A stretch of DNA of 37,240 nucleotides from Basidioascus undulatus (taxonomy: Eukaryota), in the NCBI GenBank assembly GCA_000826855.1, contig JTLS01000052.1:1-37240 (forward strand), given 5' to 3'. A model generated the notes under the pieces. The model saw only the letters and a list, made by a program, of their open reading frames with translations. It was not told the origin of the DNA and did not search any database. Shown here in pieces: positions 10,631 to 21,104 of the stretch. Position 1 is the stretch's first letter. Every line of letters starts with the position of its first letter. Made by a program: the position numbers and the translations under genes.

Positions 10631-11265
10631 CTACTCCCTGCTTAAGGCGACAATGGGAAGCTTCTTCTTCAGGGCAACCACCCCCTTCGACCCCTCTAGC
10701 TCCGGATGGGATGCAATGAGTTTCTCGAGCCCCCCTTGCGCCGCCTTCACCGCCAGCTCACTGTCCCTCCCACCTATCGCCTGCTCCAGCGCGCCATCAA
10801 CGTCCTCCCAGATCTGCACACCGCTCGGAGCACCGCGCCTGAGTCGGCGCTCAGGCGCACTGCTAGCTGGGCGAAGCTCGGTTCTGGGCGCAACGCCTCG
10901 GGGTGCGCAGCTAAGAAGCGCCCTTCGTGATGTTGCAAGCGGTGGACGTAGTACGAGCGATCCTCTCCAGACTTTACGGGAGAAATGGGTAGGGCGGGGA
11001 GGAGGAGGGGCACGCGCGTGCCGGTGGTCTGGCCGCTCCAGTCAATGACACTGCGGATCGAAAGCGAGAGGCAAGTCAGAAGGGTCCCAAAGCAAGGACG
11101 GTGGAAAGTGCGCACCCGACCAACTTGAACTCCTCGTCCCACAACATGTTCTGCCACCGGAAGTCGCCATGATCAACCGGGAACGGGCCGTGCTCGAGCT
11201 CGGGTGGGACGACCTCGCGCACGAGCGAGCGGAGAATGAGCAGGTCGAGCAGACCACCGGCGCAG
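10631..11265 (-). pseudogene. APH/choline-kinase-family phosphotransferase, C-terminal half
   Basis: LLDLLILRSLVREVVPPELEHGPFPVDHGDFRWQNMLWDEEFKLVG, intron, VIDWS (Brenner motif plus metal-binding Asp). Frameshift near 10820; ends LSRE*. Confidence 0.85.
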
Positions 11266-11269
11266 GGTC

Positions 11270-11685
11270 CGCTGCGGCCGGTCTTGCAGCAACTTCCGAT
11301 GAGCTTTTCGCCGGCGTACGGCGGCTTCCACGCCGTGTACTGTATCATCTTCTCCGACGGCGTGCGCTGGGAAGCAAAGTTCCCTCTCACTTTCAGCCCA
11401 GCCTTCAGGCGCTCGAACCAGGACGTGCTCGCGTCCGAAGTGGCGTTCCTACACTTCGTCGAGGGCGCGCTTCCGGACCTCCCGGTGCCAAGGGTGCACG
11501 TCTACGAGCCGGACAATGGCGTCGTCGGGGTGCCGTTCACGCTCATGGGATGGATGGACGGCCAGGTCATCAACCTCGCGAAAGAGCCGCGTCCGCTTGA
11601 GGTTCGGCACAAGGTGCTCGATCAGGTCGCGCAGTTTCTGATCGACCTTACCTACGGCACGATCTCATCTTGTGGCAACGCCTAC
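11270..11685 (+). pseudogene. APH/choline-kinase-family phosphotransferase, N-terminal lobe in the opposite orientation to its C-terminal half
   Basis: GGFHAVYCIIFSDGVRWEAKFP...LASEVAFLHFV...LPVPRVHVYEPDNGVVGVPFTLMGWMDG...KVLDQVAQFLIDL, a typical fungal APH N-lobe. Confidence 0.85.
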
Positions 11686-12089
11686 GTCTCGTGTCGACCT
11701 CGGAATACCTGGAGGCCGATATCAACAGGCAGTCGTTGGGATGGAAGGAAGGAGAGACTCGGCTTCCAACAAGAGTTTGCGCAGCCTCAGTTTTCGTCGT
11801 CGACGGAAGTGCCGGGCCTTCGAAGATGAAAAAGCAGCAGACATTCGTTTTGCTGGCTTGTGCAGTCTCAGGCACCGTGTTTGTCATGCATGTCAGATAT
11901 GCGTGGATTTTATGAGGAAGGGGTCCAAACACGCTGGAGCACGCGTTTGTCGGCGGGTTGTGTGGATTGTTCCTTTACCTTTCATCTAGCCCAACGGACT
12001 TGTGAGCAAACACTGCGTGGCATTGAACTCACTGCTTCGCTCCCCGTTGGCTCGAAGTTGGCTGGTCCATCGTTCTTGTTTCCTGAGCG

Positions 12090-12096
12090 TATAAAT
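12090..12096 (+). promoter_or_regulatory. TATA box of the Cys-rich peptide gene
   Basis: TATAAAT about 120 nt upstream of ATG 12211, followed by a CA-rich leader. Confidence 0.5.
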
Positions 12097-12210
12097 ACAC
12101 CATCTGTCCTGCATCCCCAACTACCGTCAACCAGCAAGCAGCCAGCCAGCACAATCCATATACCCACCCATCCACAGCCTCTCGAAACACGTCCCTACCT
12201 ATTTCTCGCT

Positions 12211-12529
12211 ATGGCGCACACCGACAGTCCTACAACCGTTGCCGTTGCGAACGCCGCCAAAGGACAGTTCTCCTTGAGCTGCTGCTGTATCCCTCAACCG
12301 GCCGGCACCACCCTTCCGACAACCCCGATGCAAGTGGGTTCCCCCAAGGACGGGTCTTGTGCTTGCATCGACTGCCGCTCTTGCGTTGATTTTACCATTT
12401 CGATCGAGGAGGTATTACGAGCATCGTTGTACTCATTGCCGATTTCAAAAGTGCTCCTGCGAGGACTGCGCCAACAAGTGCACTTTCCCGGGCGACGACG
12501 GCATCGAGGTCGTCCAGAACCGCGCGTAG
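12211..12529 (+). CDS. Small Cys-rich metallothionein-like protein (83 aa; exons 12211-12384 and 12452-12529)
   Basis: MAHTDSPTT...SLSCCCIPQP...DGSCACIDCRSC|CSCEDCANKCTFPGDDGIEVVQNRA*. 11 Cys in CCC, CxC and CxxC groups; no signal peptide; phase-0 intron with a weak GTTGAT donor. Confidence 0.6.
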
Positions 12530-13137
12530 TGGAATCCTCCGCAGAGCACTGAAGGGCGTCCGCGCTGAAAAATTAGACTTCTACTGGTGATGGGAATTGG
12601 CTGTAAGGTTGTGAATCTGCACATGAAGTTGCATTCTATGCTGTCCTTGGGAAGAATACTACTACGTGTTATGCTCAGGAGATGGTTCAGTCGTTCGATG
12701 AGCCTCTGAGTCGGGGGTGTACGCCGAACTGGGCGTTGAAGAACATTGGATGGATTGAGGGGCGCAGAGAGGGGCAGTCTGGCGGGTAGTTGCGAGCAGA
12801 TCATGATGTTGATTTTTGTGAAAAGCACTGGTCTCCAGAAAAAGACATTAAAATGCTTCAATGTACTACCAGTTATCTCTGGATATCGGGAAAAGAAACT
12901 ATTCCTTAGCAGGTCGGGCTCGATGGTCTATCAGAACATGCGGAAAATGTATTGCAAATCAGAACGGCTTTTGCAAGCGAGTTTCCCAAGCACCTTCAGG
13001 CTGATCAGGCCTCGCACATCCGCCGTTGTTTCGCCCAGTTCCCATGACCCAAAGCATGGCTCGAAGTTTGGGCATTTTAAACCCATTTTACAGCAACGGA
13101 TGCGGGGCAGGAGCTGGAAGTAACCACCGAAATTGCT

Positions 13138-13358
13138 TTGGGAACCGTGCACGAGTGGTCCGGAGTGGCGTCTTGGCACGACCAGGTCTATTGCAGTGGA
13201 GAGCGCGTGAGTCAAGGAGGTGGTGGGATGCAGATACGAAGAGTCAATCAGCAGAATAAGAGAACTTACGCCGTCACGCCGGTGGAGCGACGTCGCGTTG
13301 GAAGGGGCGGAGGATGTGGGCAGTGCAACAGCCTGCATTCAACAGATCGCGGCGAGGC
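13138..13358 (-). pseudogene. Small secreted pre-pro-protein, copy B fragment (inverted paralogue of 7826-8025)
   Basis: LAAIC*MQAVALPTSSAPSNATSLHRRDG, GTAAGT intron, TWSCQDATPDHSCTVPK. Same intron position as copy A; similarity stops abruptly at both ends. Confidence 0.7.
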
Positions 13359-13659
13359 TCTCATCTTGCACCGCATGCTCTTCTCTTGCGCCGATGCTCT
13401 CACTGGCTCTCACCGTCATCTCCAAGGCCTGAACTGGCACCTTGCAGCTTCAATGCAGCTCTACCGCCGCCGTTTCACACCGTACGCAGCCAGTTCGCGC
13501 AGCCATGTGCAGTGTTGCACATGTTGCTCCAGGGTTCTAGGGTGATGAGATTATCTCCTTTTTCTGGCTCTTTATCAGGCCAGCATAGGAAACGTGTGCA
13601 GTCAAGGTGGCAGGTTCAGGCAGTAACTGGAGGACTTCCCGTAGGCCAGATTGCCAGAA

Positions 13660-13994
13660 TAGCAGCGCCAGATGAAAGCGGCGGAAAGGGTCGAAATCCG
13701 TCAGCTCTACCGCAGGACAAACAAAGTCTGCCAGATTGCCTGTCTGGCTCGACTGTCCGTGCATTGGGTTGCATGGCATGTATCGTAGCTGGCACAACAC
13801 AGGGAAGGCGCAGTTTCCTTCTGAAGATCTGCCCAACGCCCAAAAATGATTTGGAGGTGTTGTCAAGCATAGAGGGAGGGGGTCAAAGGGGGTCAAACCC
13901 CTCCCCAGATGCGGTGATCTGGAGGACCTCGCACCACGCGGTCGCTCTCGCTCACGGACCTCCAGATCCTTCAACACGCAATCTGGCACCGCTA
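13660..13994. mobile_element. Candidate degenerate non-autonomous DNA transposon (MITE-like)
   Basis: Imperfect terminal inverted repeats (TAGCAGCGCCAGATG and the reverse complement of AATCTGGCACCGCTA, 12 of 15 match), clustered CCAGAT motifs, internal hairpins. No clean target-site duplication. Confidence 0.4.
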
Positions 13995-14566
13995 AAGTAG
14001 AAATCTGTCCTGCGGGAATTCCTCCAATGACGCGCCAGGCGATTGCGTGCTGAAATCAGGTGCTGTTCCTGCGGTCCATGCGTTCCTTGTACACTCAAGA
14101 ATACGGAGCTAGAGCAGGAACTTCACTCACCCGCTCTCAGGCTCTGCAGAACAAGTTCCAGTGCTGCTATCGTCTAGGGCGAACGCCATTGCCACAGGCT
14201 TGTGCGACACGTTCTTGGGCGGCCTCTGCACGTACGTTACCTGTTTCATTTGCCAGTCATTTCGAACGAATCCTGTTAAACACTCTTTCATACACAGATT
14301 GGTCAGAAAGACGCCCAACATCCCTGGTGGGACCGGCTGAGCATCGACACACGCTACATCCCTGCTGGATCGTTGCGTGGATAGTTTCGCTCTCCCCTCC
14401 AGCTTCTTCCCCCTCTCACTTTACGAAAGCTCACCGTAACCAACACATGGATTTTGTTCGAGATATTTCTTCGCACAATAGCAATTGAACTGAGCTGCTC
14501 CGGCTTGAGGGTTCCATCTGAGCAGGCAGGTCAGTCAGGCAAGGATCGCCGTCTTCAGCTCAGGCA

Positions 14567-14584
14567 GTGTGTGTGTGTGCGTGT
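14567..14584. repeat. (GT)n microsatellite, interrupted
   Basis: gtgtgtgtgtgtgcgtgt. Confidence 0.7.
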
Positions 14585-14897
14585 TTGGTACAGGAAGTGA
14601 GGGCGCTTGTACCTGGGCTCTCTAAATATGAAAAGCTCTGTTAATAATATCCAGGTTGAGTGTAGCCCAAAGCATCCGCCTGGTGCTCGGGTGTTGACCT
14701 TTGTCTATCCTGGTACTGAAACTCGCTGAGAGGAGCCGGTCGCGACGGTCGCTCAACCATATAGAAATGGACAAGATTTGAAGGGGAAACACCGAATGAC
14801 TTGTGATAGGCTAAAGAAAGAACGGATGCATAGCATGCAAGAATGAGATGTTGTCCTCCGCGCTGCCCCTCCCTCTCACCCATGGTGCCACTCATCG

Positions 14898-15561
14898 TCA
14901 ACCCAGCACCCCCCCATCCACGGGCCGGTGCTTTTCGATCCTCCCCCAATCAGGGTCTACCTGCTTGTGCTTTGCTATCCTTCCACCACCTCGGCCTTGC
15001 CTTATCGGGACGGGTGCCGTGCTCTTCCCCATTCCCCCGACCTGTGCTGGAGCCGGAGCGTGCCCGTGCGCTGCAGCGCACTCTTCTTGGAAGTCTATTT
15101 GGGATGTTTTAAAAAGAGGTGATGGGTGGGGCGAAGGGGAGAGGGATGTGAGGAGAGGAGGCACACCGTCGAATGTGGGGTACCGCTCCATCCAGTGCAT
15201 CGTCCCGCACCCGAGTCGGCACGCCACGTACTTGTCTTGCAAGGCTTTAGAGGATGCGGCGCAGTTTTTCTGTACTCGGTGTGCTCGGGGATCATCAGCT
15301 CATTTCTTCTCCGCCCGGGATAGAGATCGGGACGTACGTCCAAAGCGAGTCGGAACGACTCGCATGCTGTTTCGCAGGTCGATTGGGATTGAGGGAGCGA
15401 TTGCGCGTGGGGTACTGGATAAGCGGATGGGTCAAAGCGCATTTTGAGGTACCGAGGAAAAATGATCATCAGAACATTCACGTACGAGGTGCGCAAGAAA
15501 CGACGCTGGCGAGGCAGAGCGCCGCTGCTGCTACGAACACTGAGGACATTGAGGTGGTCAT
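14898..15561 (-). CDS. Small secreted Cys-rich protein (150 aa; exons 15561-15486, 15414-15338, 15269-15167, 15094-14898)
   Basis: Signal peptide MTTSMSSVFVAAAALCLASVVSC-AP; mature part TCETACESFRLALDKNCAASSKALQDKYVACRLGCG...QEECAAAHG with 6 Cys and a basic Gly-rich tail. Three GT-AG introns with consistent phases. Confidence 0.75.
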
Positions 15562-16106
15562 GATGGCACTTCGTGGAAGGTGGTCAACAACCGTCGCATG
15601 CCTTTCAATACATCTGATCGCTTGAGTAGTGTATTTTTTTTTTCGTTCGACAGCCAGGGGCCGAGAAACGCCCGCTATGCTGCAGGCAAGGGGAAGCGAG
15701 CACGGCGCGGGATGACGCACTCGTCCCAGCTGCGCTGCTCAGCTCGAGCTAGTTTATTTTTTCCGCAACCCTCGAAATGGGTGCGATCGTACAAAGTGCA
15801 CAAACGAAGAGCAAGTCGAGGCAGTGAAGGATTGCGATGCGGGTGCGGGCCCAGACTGTACATCGATTGCAAGAGAGCGCTGCTTCGTGTGCGAGGCAAT
15901 TTGTGGGTGTGGGTGGGTAAGGCGTGGAAGCACAGCATTGGGGGTAGGTGCGTGTGGCTGATCCGACTGATGAATCGAAGCGAGCAAATGACTCTGGTGT
16001 GCGGCCGGGAAGGGAGGGACAACATGCGGGCGACATGCGGGCGGGAAGGCGGAGGGGTAGGTACAGCCGAAGGTGAGGTGGGGTATGTGGGGTATCGATC
16101 ATTTTT

Positions 16107-16127
16107 AACAGTGAACAGTGAACAGTG
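16107..16127. repeat. 7-bp tandem repeat (AACAGTG)x3
   Basis: Seen directly in the 3' flank of the minus-strand exon ending at 16171. Confidence 0.6.
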
Positions 16128-16170
16128 GACAACAAACAAGGCGTGCGTAAATCGAAAAAAAGGAGACGCC

Positions 16171-16480
16171 TCATTCGCCCCCGACCTCCAAATCAAACTG
16201 AATCTCCTCCTCGTCCTCCATTCGGTCGCGGTCTCGTCCAAAGCCAGGCGCCAGGCCCCTCGGTCTCCTGAGCGGGCTCCCGCTCTGCGGGCCAGGGCCG
16301 CCGTACCCCCAAGGCGGGGTGGACCCGTACAGCTGCGTCTGCGGCGGGGGGAGGGGGTGCTGCTGGTATTGGTGTTGGTTCTGGTTCTGTGGCGAGCTGC
16401 TGGGCGGAACGAGGTGCAGTCTGCTCAGGCCTGCAGCGAGGCCGGGGGGGAGGGACTGCCCTGCTGCGTGCGGGAAGAGA
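16171..16480 (-). CDS. Orphan C-terminal coding segment of another gene, possibly a Cps3/Lee1-like CCCH zinc-finger protein
   Basis: PHAAGQSLPPGLAAGLSRLHLVPP...QNQNQHQYQQH...EDEEEIQFDLEVGGE*. GQSLPxGLAAGxSRxH and an acidic Phe-containing tail are recalled from basidiomycete Cps3-like proteins. No resemblance to GluRS. Confidence 0.45.
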
Positions 16481-16522
16481 AGGGAGGGGGAGGGAGAGGA
16501 TGGGGTGGGAAAGGGGACGAAC

Positions 16523-17749
16523 CTGCTCCTGCACGGTGTCGTCCGCGTACGCGTTCCCAGACTTGATGATCTGGAGCGCGAACTCGTAGAGCTTGTCGAA
16601 GTGGTCCGAGGTGTGCGAGGTCGCGTCTGGCGCGAGACCCAGGAGCGCGAGGTCCTCGATGATCGACTGCTGGAACTCGGCCTTCTCCTTGGAGGGGTTC
16701 TGTGGGTGGGTGACGTGGGTTGAGTGGGAGGAGAGGTAGGGATGGAGGGAGAGAAAGGACGGACGGTGTCATCGAAGCGGACGAGGAAGTGGCCGTGGTA
16801 GTGGTGCGCGAAGTACTCGTTCAGGAGCGCAGCCTTGGCGTGGCCGCTGCGCACGCACCACACCAATTCAGTCAGCCATTTTCCGGAAACGAGAAAGAGA
16901 AGGAGAAAGCCAAGAAGACGCTCTCGAGTGCGCACGCACATGTGGAGGTACCCAGACGGCTCGGGCGGGAAGCGGGTGACGACCTTGCCGTCGACGGCGT
17001 TGGGGAGGCCTAGCTGGAACGAGGACGCGGCCTTCTTGGACGCAGCCTTGTTGGAGCGTGCGGCGATGAGCGCCGCGAGCGAGGCCGCGGTCGAGGGCAG
17101 GCTCTCGAGGTACGCCGTCCAGCGCTGGACGTGCGGGTGCGCGTTCTTCTTCAGGATGCCGAGGGCGGTGGGGGCGGCTGGGGAGGTTGGATGAGTGGGT
17201 GAGTACACTTGAGAGAAGTAGAGGGAGAGGTGAGAGGTAGGACATGGAACCCACCCTTGATGGCACCCCAGACGGCAAAGTCGGCGCTGGTGAGGCGGTA
17301 GTCGACGAGGAAGGCGCGGACAGCGAGGTGCTCGTCGATAGCGTCGAGCTGGGCGGTAACCTGGGGGAATGACTGGCCGGCAAAGCCCGACGCGATAGTG
17401 TGGAACTCCTCGATCTGATCCCTCGAGTCTTTAGCATTCTTCTGACAGTATAGAGAGAGTCTGGGTGGAATTGGCTGCGCACCTTGCCCTTCTCCTCGCC
17501 CTCGCCGCCGACGCCGCCCGCGCGGCTGAGGACGCGCACGATCTCGTCCTGGCCCTTGACCTCGGTGCCCTGGGCGTCGCGGAGGGTGGCCTCCTTCGCG
17601 TCGGGTGACCAGGAGAGCGTCACATCGAGCTTGGTGTACGTGAACGGGCGCGAGGGGTGCTCAGCCTCGGAGAGGTACGGGGCCAGACCCAGCGCCGCGT
17701 ACGGGAACGGCGCGAGCGAGGGGGACAGCTCGAGCGTGAAGGAGGTCAT
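16523..17749 (-). CDS. GUS1: Cytosolic glutamyl-tRNA synthetase, 5' five exons only (truncated in this sequence)
   Basis: GST-C-like N-domain (LDAIDEHLAVRAFLV...ADFAVWGAIK), VVTRFPPEPSGYLHI|GHAKAALLNEYF (HIGH), VRFDDT|NPSKEKAEFQQSI...HTSDHFD...AYADDTVQEQ. The KMSKS-equivalent region and anticodon-binding domain are absent. Confidence 0.93.
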
Positions 17750-18370
17750 GATGGTCGTCGGTGAGGAAGTTGAGGGCGTTCGGGAGGTAAGACGTCCTCC
17801 TTGCGAGTCATTTTCGGCACGTGTCTATATAGAGTCTATGTGTCGCCAAACAAAAGTGTTTTGACTTAGTCTCAACTCCTTAGAATTTCTAATATGGAAA
17901 GCTGCTTTCAGGCTCGAGATATATCAGGATGATTATGCCAGTGCAGAGGTAAGGGAGGCAAGGACACACCCGCTGGACTCAGTGTGACCATGTCCGATGG
18001 TTCTCCGATGGTCACGGTGGGGAGAACGCGGTGGAAGTGGACCGACTGCCTCTGCGCTGTTCGCTGTCAGTGTCCACTCTGCTTTGGCTAATAGCTTGTG
18101 GGTCGTGCAATGTACTCCTGCTTGCAAACTAAGAAACCCATCTATGTTGCGGAAATCATCGCGTTGTACAACCATCGGCAGGGAACGGGCACGCTGAGGG
18201 CATGAGGGTCGCTTCCGCCAATCCCAGCCGAGAGCCGAGCGCAACGTCACCTCGCTGGCTGGCTGTCGTCGCGCCCACGCCCCGCCCCTGCCTTTTCCTT
18301 CCACCACCATCTGCCCACCCGCGCCGCACACCGCTTCCCAGTCCCACCACACTCCCCTTTACCAAGCACA
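17750..18370. promoter_or_regulatory. Divergent intergenic region between GluRS and VDAC
   Basis: Head-to-head start codons at 17749 (-) and 18371 (+). Confidence 0.45.
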
Positions 18371-20008
18371 ATGGCCGCCCCCGTTCCCCCTTCCGTACGT
18401 GCTATACCTCTCCCGGTGGGCGTGGGCGAGTGCGGGAAGGAAGGGTGGGGCACACCTCCGTCTTCGCGCGGCCAGGGGGCCTTCTTCTCCCCCTTCCCCA
18501 CTCGCCGGTCTTCCGCGTTCGTGTAGATGAGGCAGTCACTGACGGGTTGGATGATGTAACAGTGGAAGGACCTTGGCATGTCTATCTGATTGCCTCCTCA
18601 GTTATGCACGCTCTAACCCCCCGCCGTTCTCAGGCAAGTCCGCCTCGGACCTCCTCTCCAAGGACTTCCCCATCTGTACGCCTTCCTTCGCATCTTTTCT
18701 CTTCGCGCTCGACTGACATGTTTCATGCCATTATCCAGTCGGCACTTCCCTTGAGGTGAAGACCAAGACTCCGTATGTCCCATCCCCCCGCACTCGCATC
18801 TCCCCCGGCGCGCTCACCTCCCTCCCGCTCCGCAGCTCCAACGTCGTCTTCAAGGTCGCTGGCCTCCGCGACACCAAGTCGGCCGCGATCAACGGCGACA
18901 TCGAGGCCAAGTACATCGACGCCAAGAACGGCGTCGTCTTCACCCAGGCGTGGACGACCACGAACGTCCTCCGCTCCCAGGTCGAGCTCGAGAACAACAT
19001 CGCCAAGGGGCTCAAGCTCGACCTCCAGACCAGCCTCCTCCCCACCTCGGGCGGCAAGACCGCGCTCGCCGGCGCCATCTACAAGCAGCCCGGCATCCAC
19101 GGCCGCGCCTACCTTGACGTCTTCAAGGCGAGTATCCGTCCCCTTCACCCTTGCCTGTCTACCCGCCCCTTCCCCTTCCCCTTCCCCTCTATCCTTCCCG
19201 CAAGTCATTTCTAACTCACTTCTTTGTGTGTGCAGGGCCCCACCTTCACCCTTGACACCGTCGTCGGCCGGGACGGGATCCTCGTCGGTGGTGAGGCGTC
19301 TTACTCCGTCCAGGACGGCAAGGTGACGCGGTACGCGACGGCCGTCGGCTACTCCGCGCCCGAGTACGCCGTCACCCTCCACGGCCTCGCGAACCTCTCG
19401 ACCTTCGCCGCGAGCTACTACCACCGCGTCTCGCGCGACGTCGAGGCCGGCGCCAAGGCCATCTACGACACCAAGGCGACCACCTCCAACGTCTCCCTCG
19501 AGGTCGGCGCCAAGACCTACCTTGACAACGGTCAGTTTTCTCGGTGCTTTCCTGGTGCTCTGCGTGCTCCTGTTTACTGACGTGGGGATTTTGTGCGATC
19601 CAGCTGCCTTCGTCAAGGCCAAGATCAACAACGCCGGTGTCCTCGCCCTTGGATACACCCAGGCCCTCCGCCCCGGTGTCAAGGCCGCCTTCGGTGAGTT
19701 TCCACCTTTCCCACCCCCTTTCCCCACTTTGATCGTTGCTGAGGTCTCGCTCGCTACCGCCAGGTCTTGCCATCGACACCCAGCGCCTGAACGACACCGC
19801 CGCCGGCCCCGCCGCGCACAAGGTCGGCGCCTCGTAAGTATACTTCCCCTTCACATCGCCCATCCCTCTCCTTTCCGCAAGGCAATGTCTGACTCCTCTT
19901 CCTCCTCGCAACCCTCAGCTTCACCTTCGAGTCGTACGTCCCCGCCTGCCCTTCTTCACCTCTCATCCCACACAACACCCCGCTAATGCACACCTCTACT
20001 ACAGCTAA
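18371..20008 (+). CDS. POR1: Mitochondrial porin / voltage-dependent anion channel (10 exons: 18371-18394, 18563-18575, 18634-18675, 18739-18772, 18836-19127, 19236-19530, 19604-19693, 19764-19833, 19919-19933, 20005-20008)
   Basis: Spliced product MAAPVPPSWKDLGKSASDLLSKDFP...SYYHRVSRDVEAGAKA...FVKAKINNAGVLALGYTQALRPGVK...HKVGASFTFES*. The frame is intact when GC donors at 18576 and 19128 are used. Confidence 0.97.
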
Positions 20009-21104
20009 ATTGCCCCCCCACCCCTGCTCTTCGCCTGATGTGATGTCCCTCAGAGGTGTTTGTACTGGCTCGGGATGTTGGACGGTTTCTCCCCTTTCCT
20101 CTTCTTTTCCCCCTTGTCGGGTCCTTTTTTCTTTGTCAAACAAACGTAACTCAACAACAATCCAACAACATTAGGAAATTGATGAATTAACTGCTGCTCG
20201 TTTGGAATCAGATTGTTTGTTCTGCTGTTTGGCTGGCCCTGTAATGCCTCAGCAAGAAGACTTTGTGCGATGGCGGAGCGCAATGACCATGTAGGCTGCT
20301 ACAACCTCGTGCTACAACCTCCTATGTCACTTGCACCAGCCTCGTTTCACTTGTTTCATCAACGTCGGCACTCCGGTGAAGTCGTACGCGTCGCAACTCT
20401 GCCGGGCTTGCTCCACGGTCTTGTAGCCATCATGAAGCTCCCCGTATTGTTCATCTGATCACCGCTTCGACGTGCTTCAACGCAAATCAATTTGTATCAG
20501 GGACAGCCCGACCAGATAGACGTCGTCTACCAGCGGCGACTGAGCGAGCTTCATGAAGAACTGAAGAGCAGGTGCTGATTTGGGTTTCTTCGGTATGTCC
20601 AGCCACTAGCCAGTCCACTCGCGCGGCACTCAACGCGGACCAGCATGGTTTACAACAGAGTGAGGTGTACATGTCTATGGACTGAACTAGAGGTACCTCA
20701 GCAGTCTACGGGCAGCCAAACTCTACGTTCCTTGCTTGCTTCCCTGCAGCGAGCAGCTACTTTCTGTTCTGGTCTGCAGCGCGTATTGAACTTCGTGCCA
20801 CTTCCCAAGCCTCATCGCCTGGCAGGTCCTCTGTAGTTGAGCGACATGTCAAAGTGACTCCTCTCCACGTACAAGGATGATGATTAGCCTGCTCAAAACT
20901 TAGTACAATGCTTACCCGTTCTAAAAGAAGCGAACCCATGGCAAGCCGGGGGCGTGCAGTATGCACCTTGAACGCCTTTTCACCTTCAATTACAGGGACA
21001 AGTGACTTCAGACTCGGTTAAAAAAAGGGGGTCTAGAAACCATTCAACCAATGTTCATACGCCATTTTCTAGCTAGGAAGACTCCTGCCACTGGTTCAGG
21101 TACC

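Noticed and set aside
15580..16566. 328-aa plus-strand ORF
   Set aside because: Antisense to minus-strand coding sequence and its 3' flank; composition is not protein-like.
18723..19727. 334-aa minus-strand ORF
   Set aside because: Antisense shadow of the strongly C-ending codon usage of VDAC.
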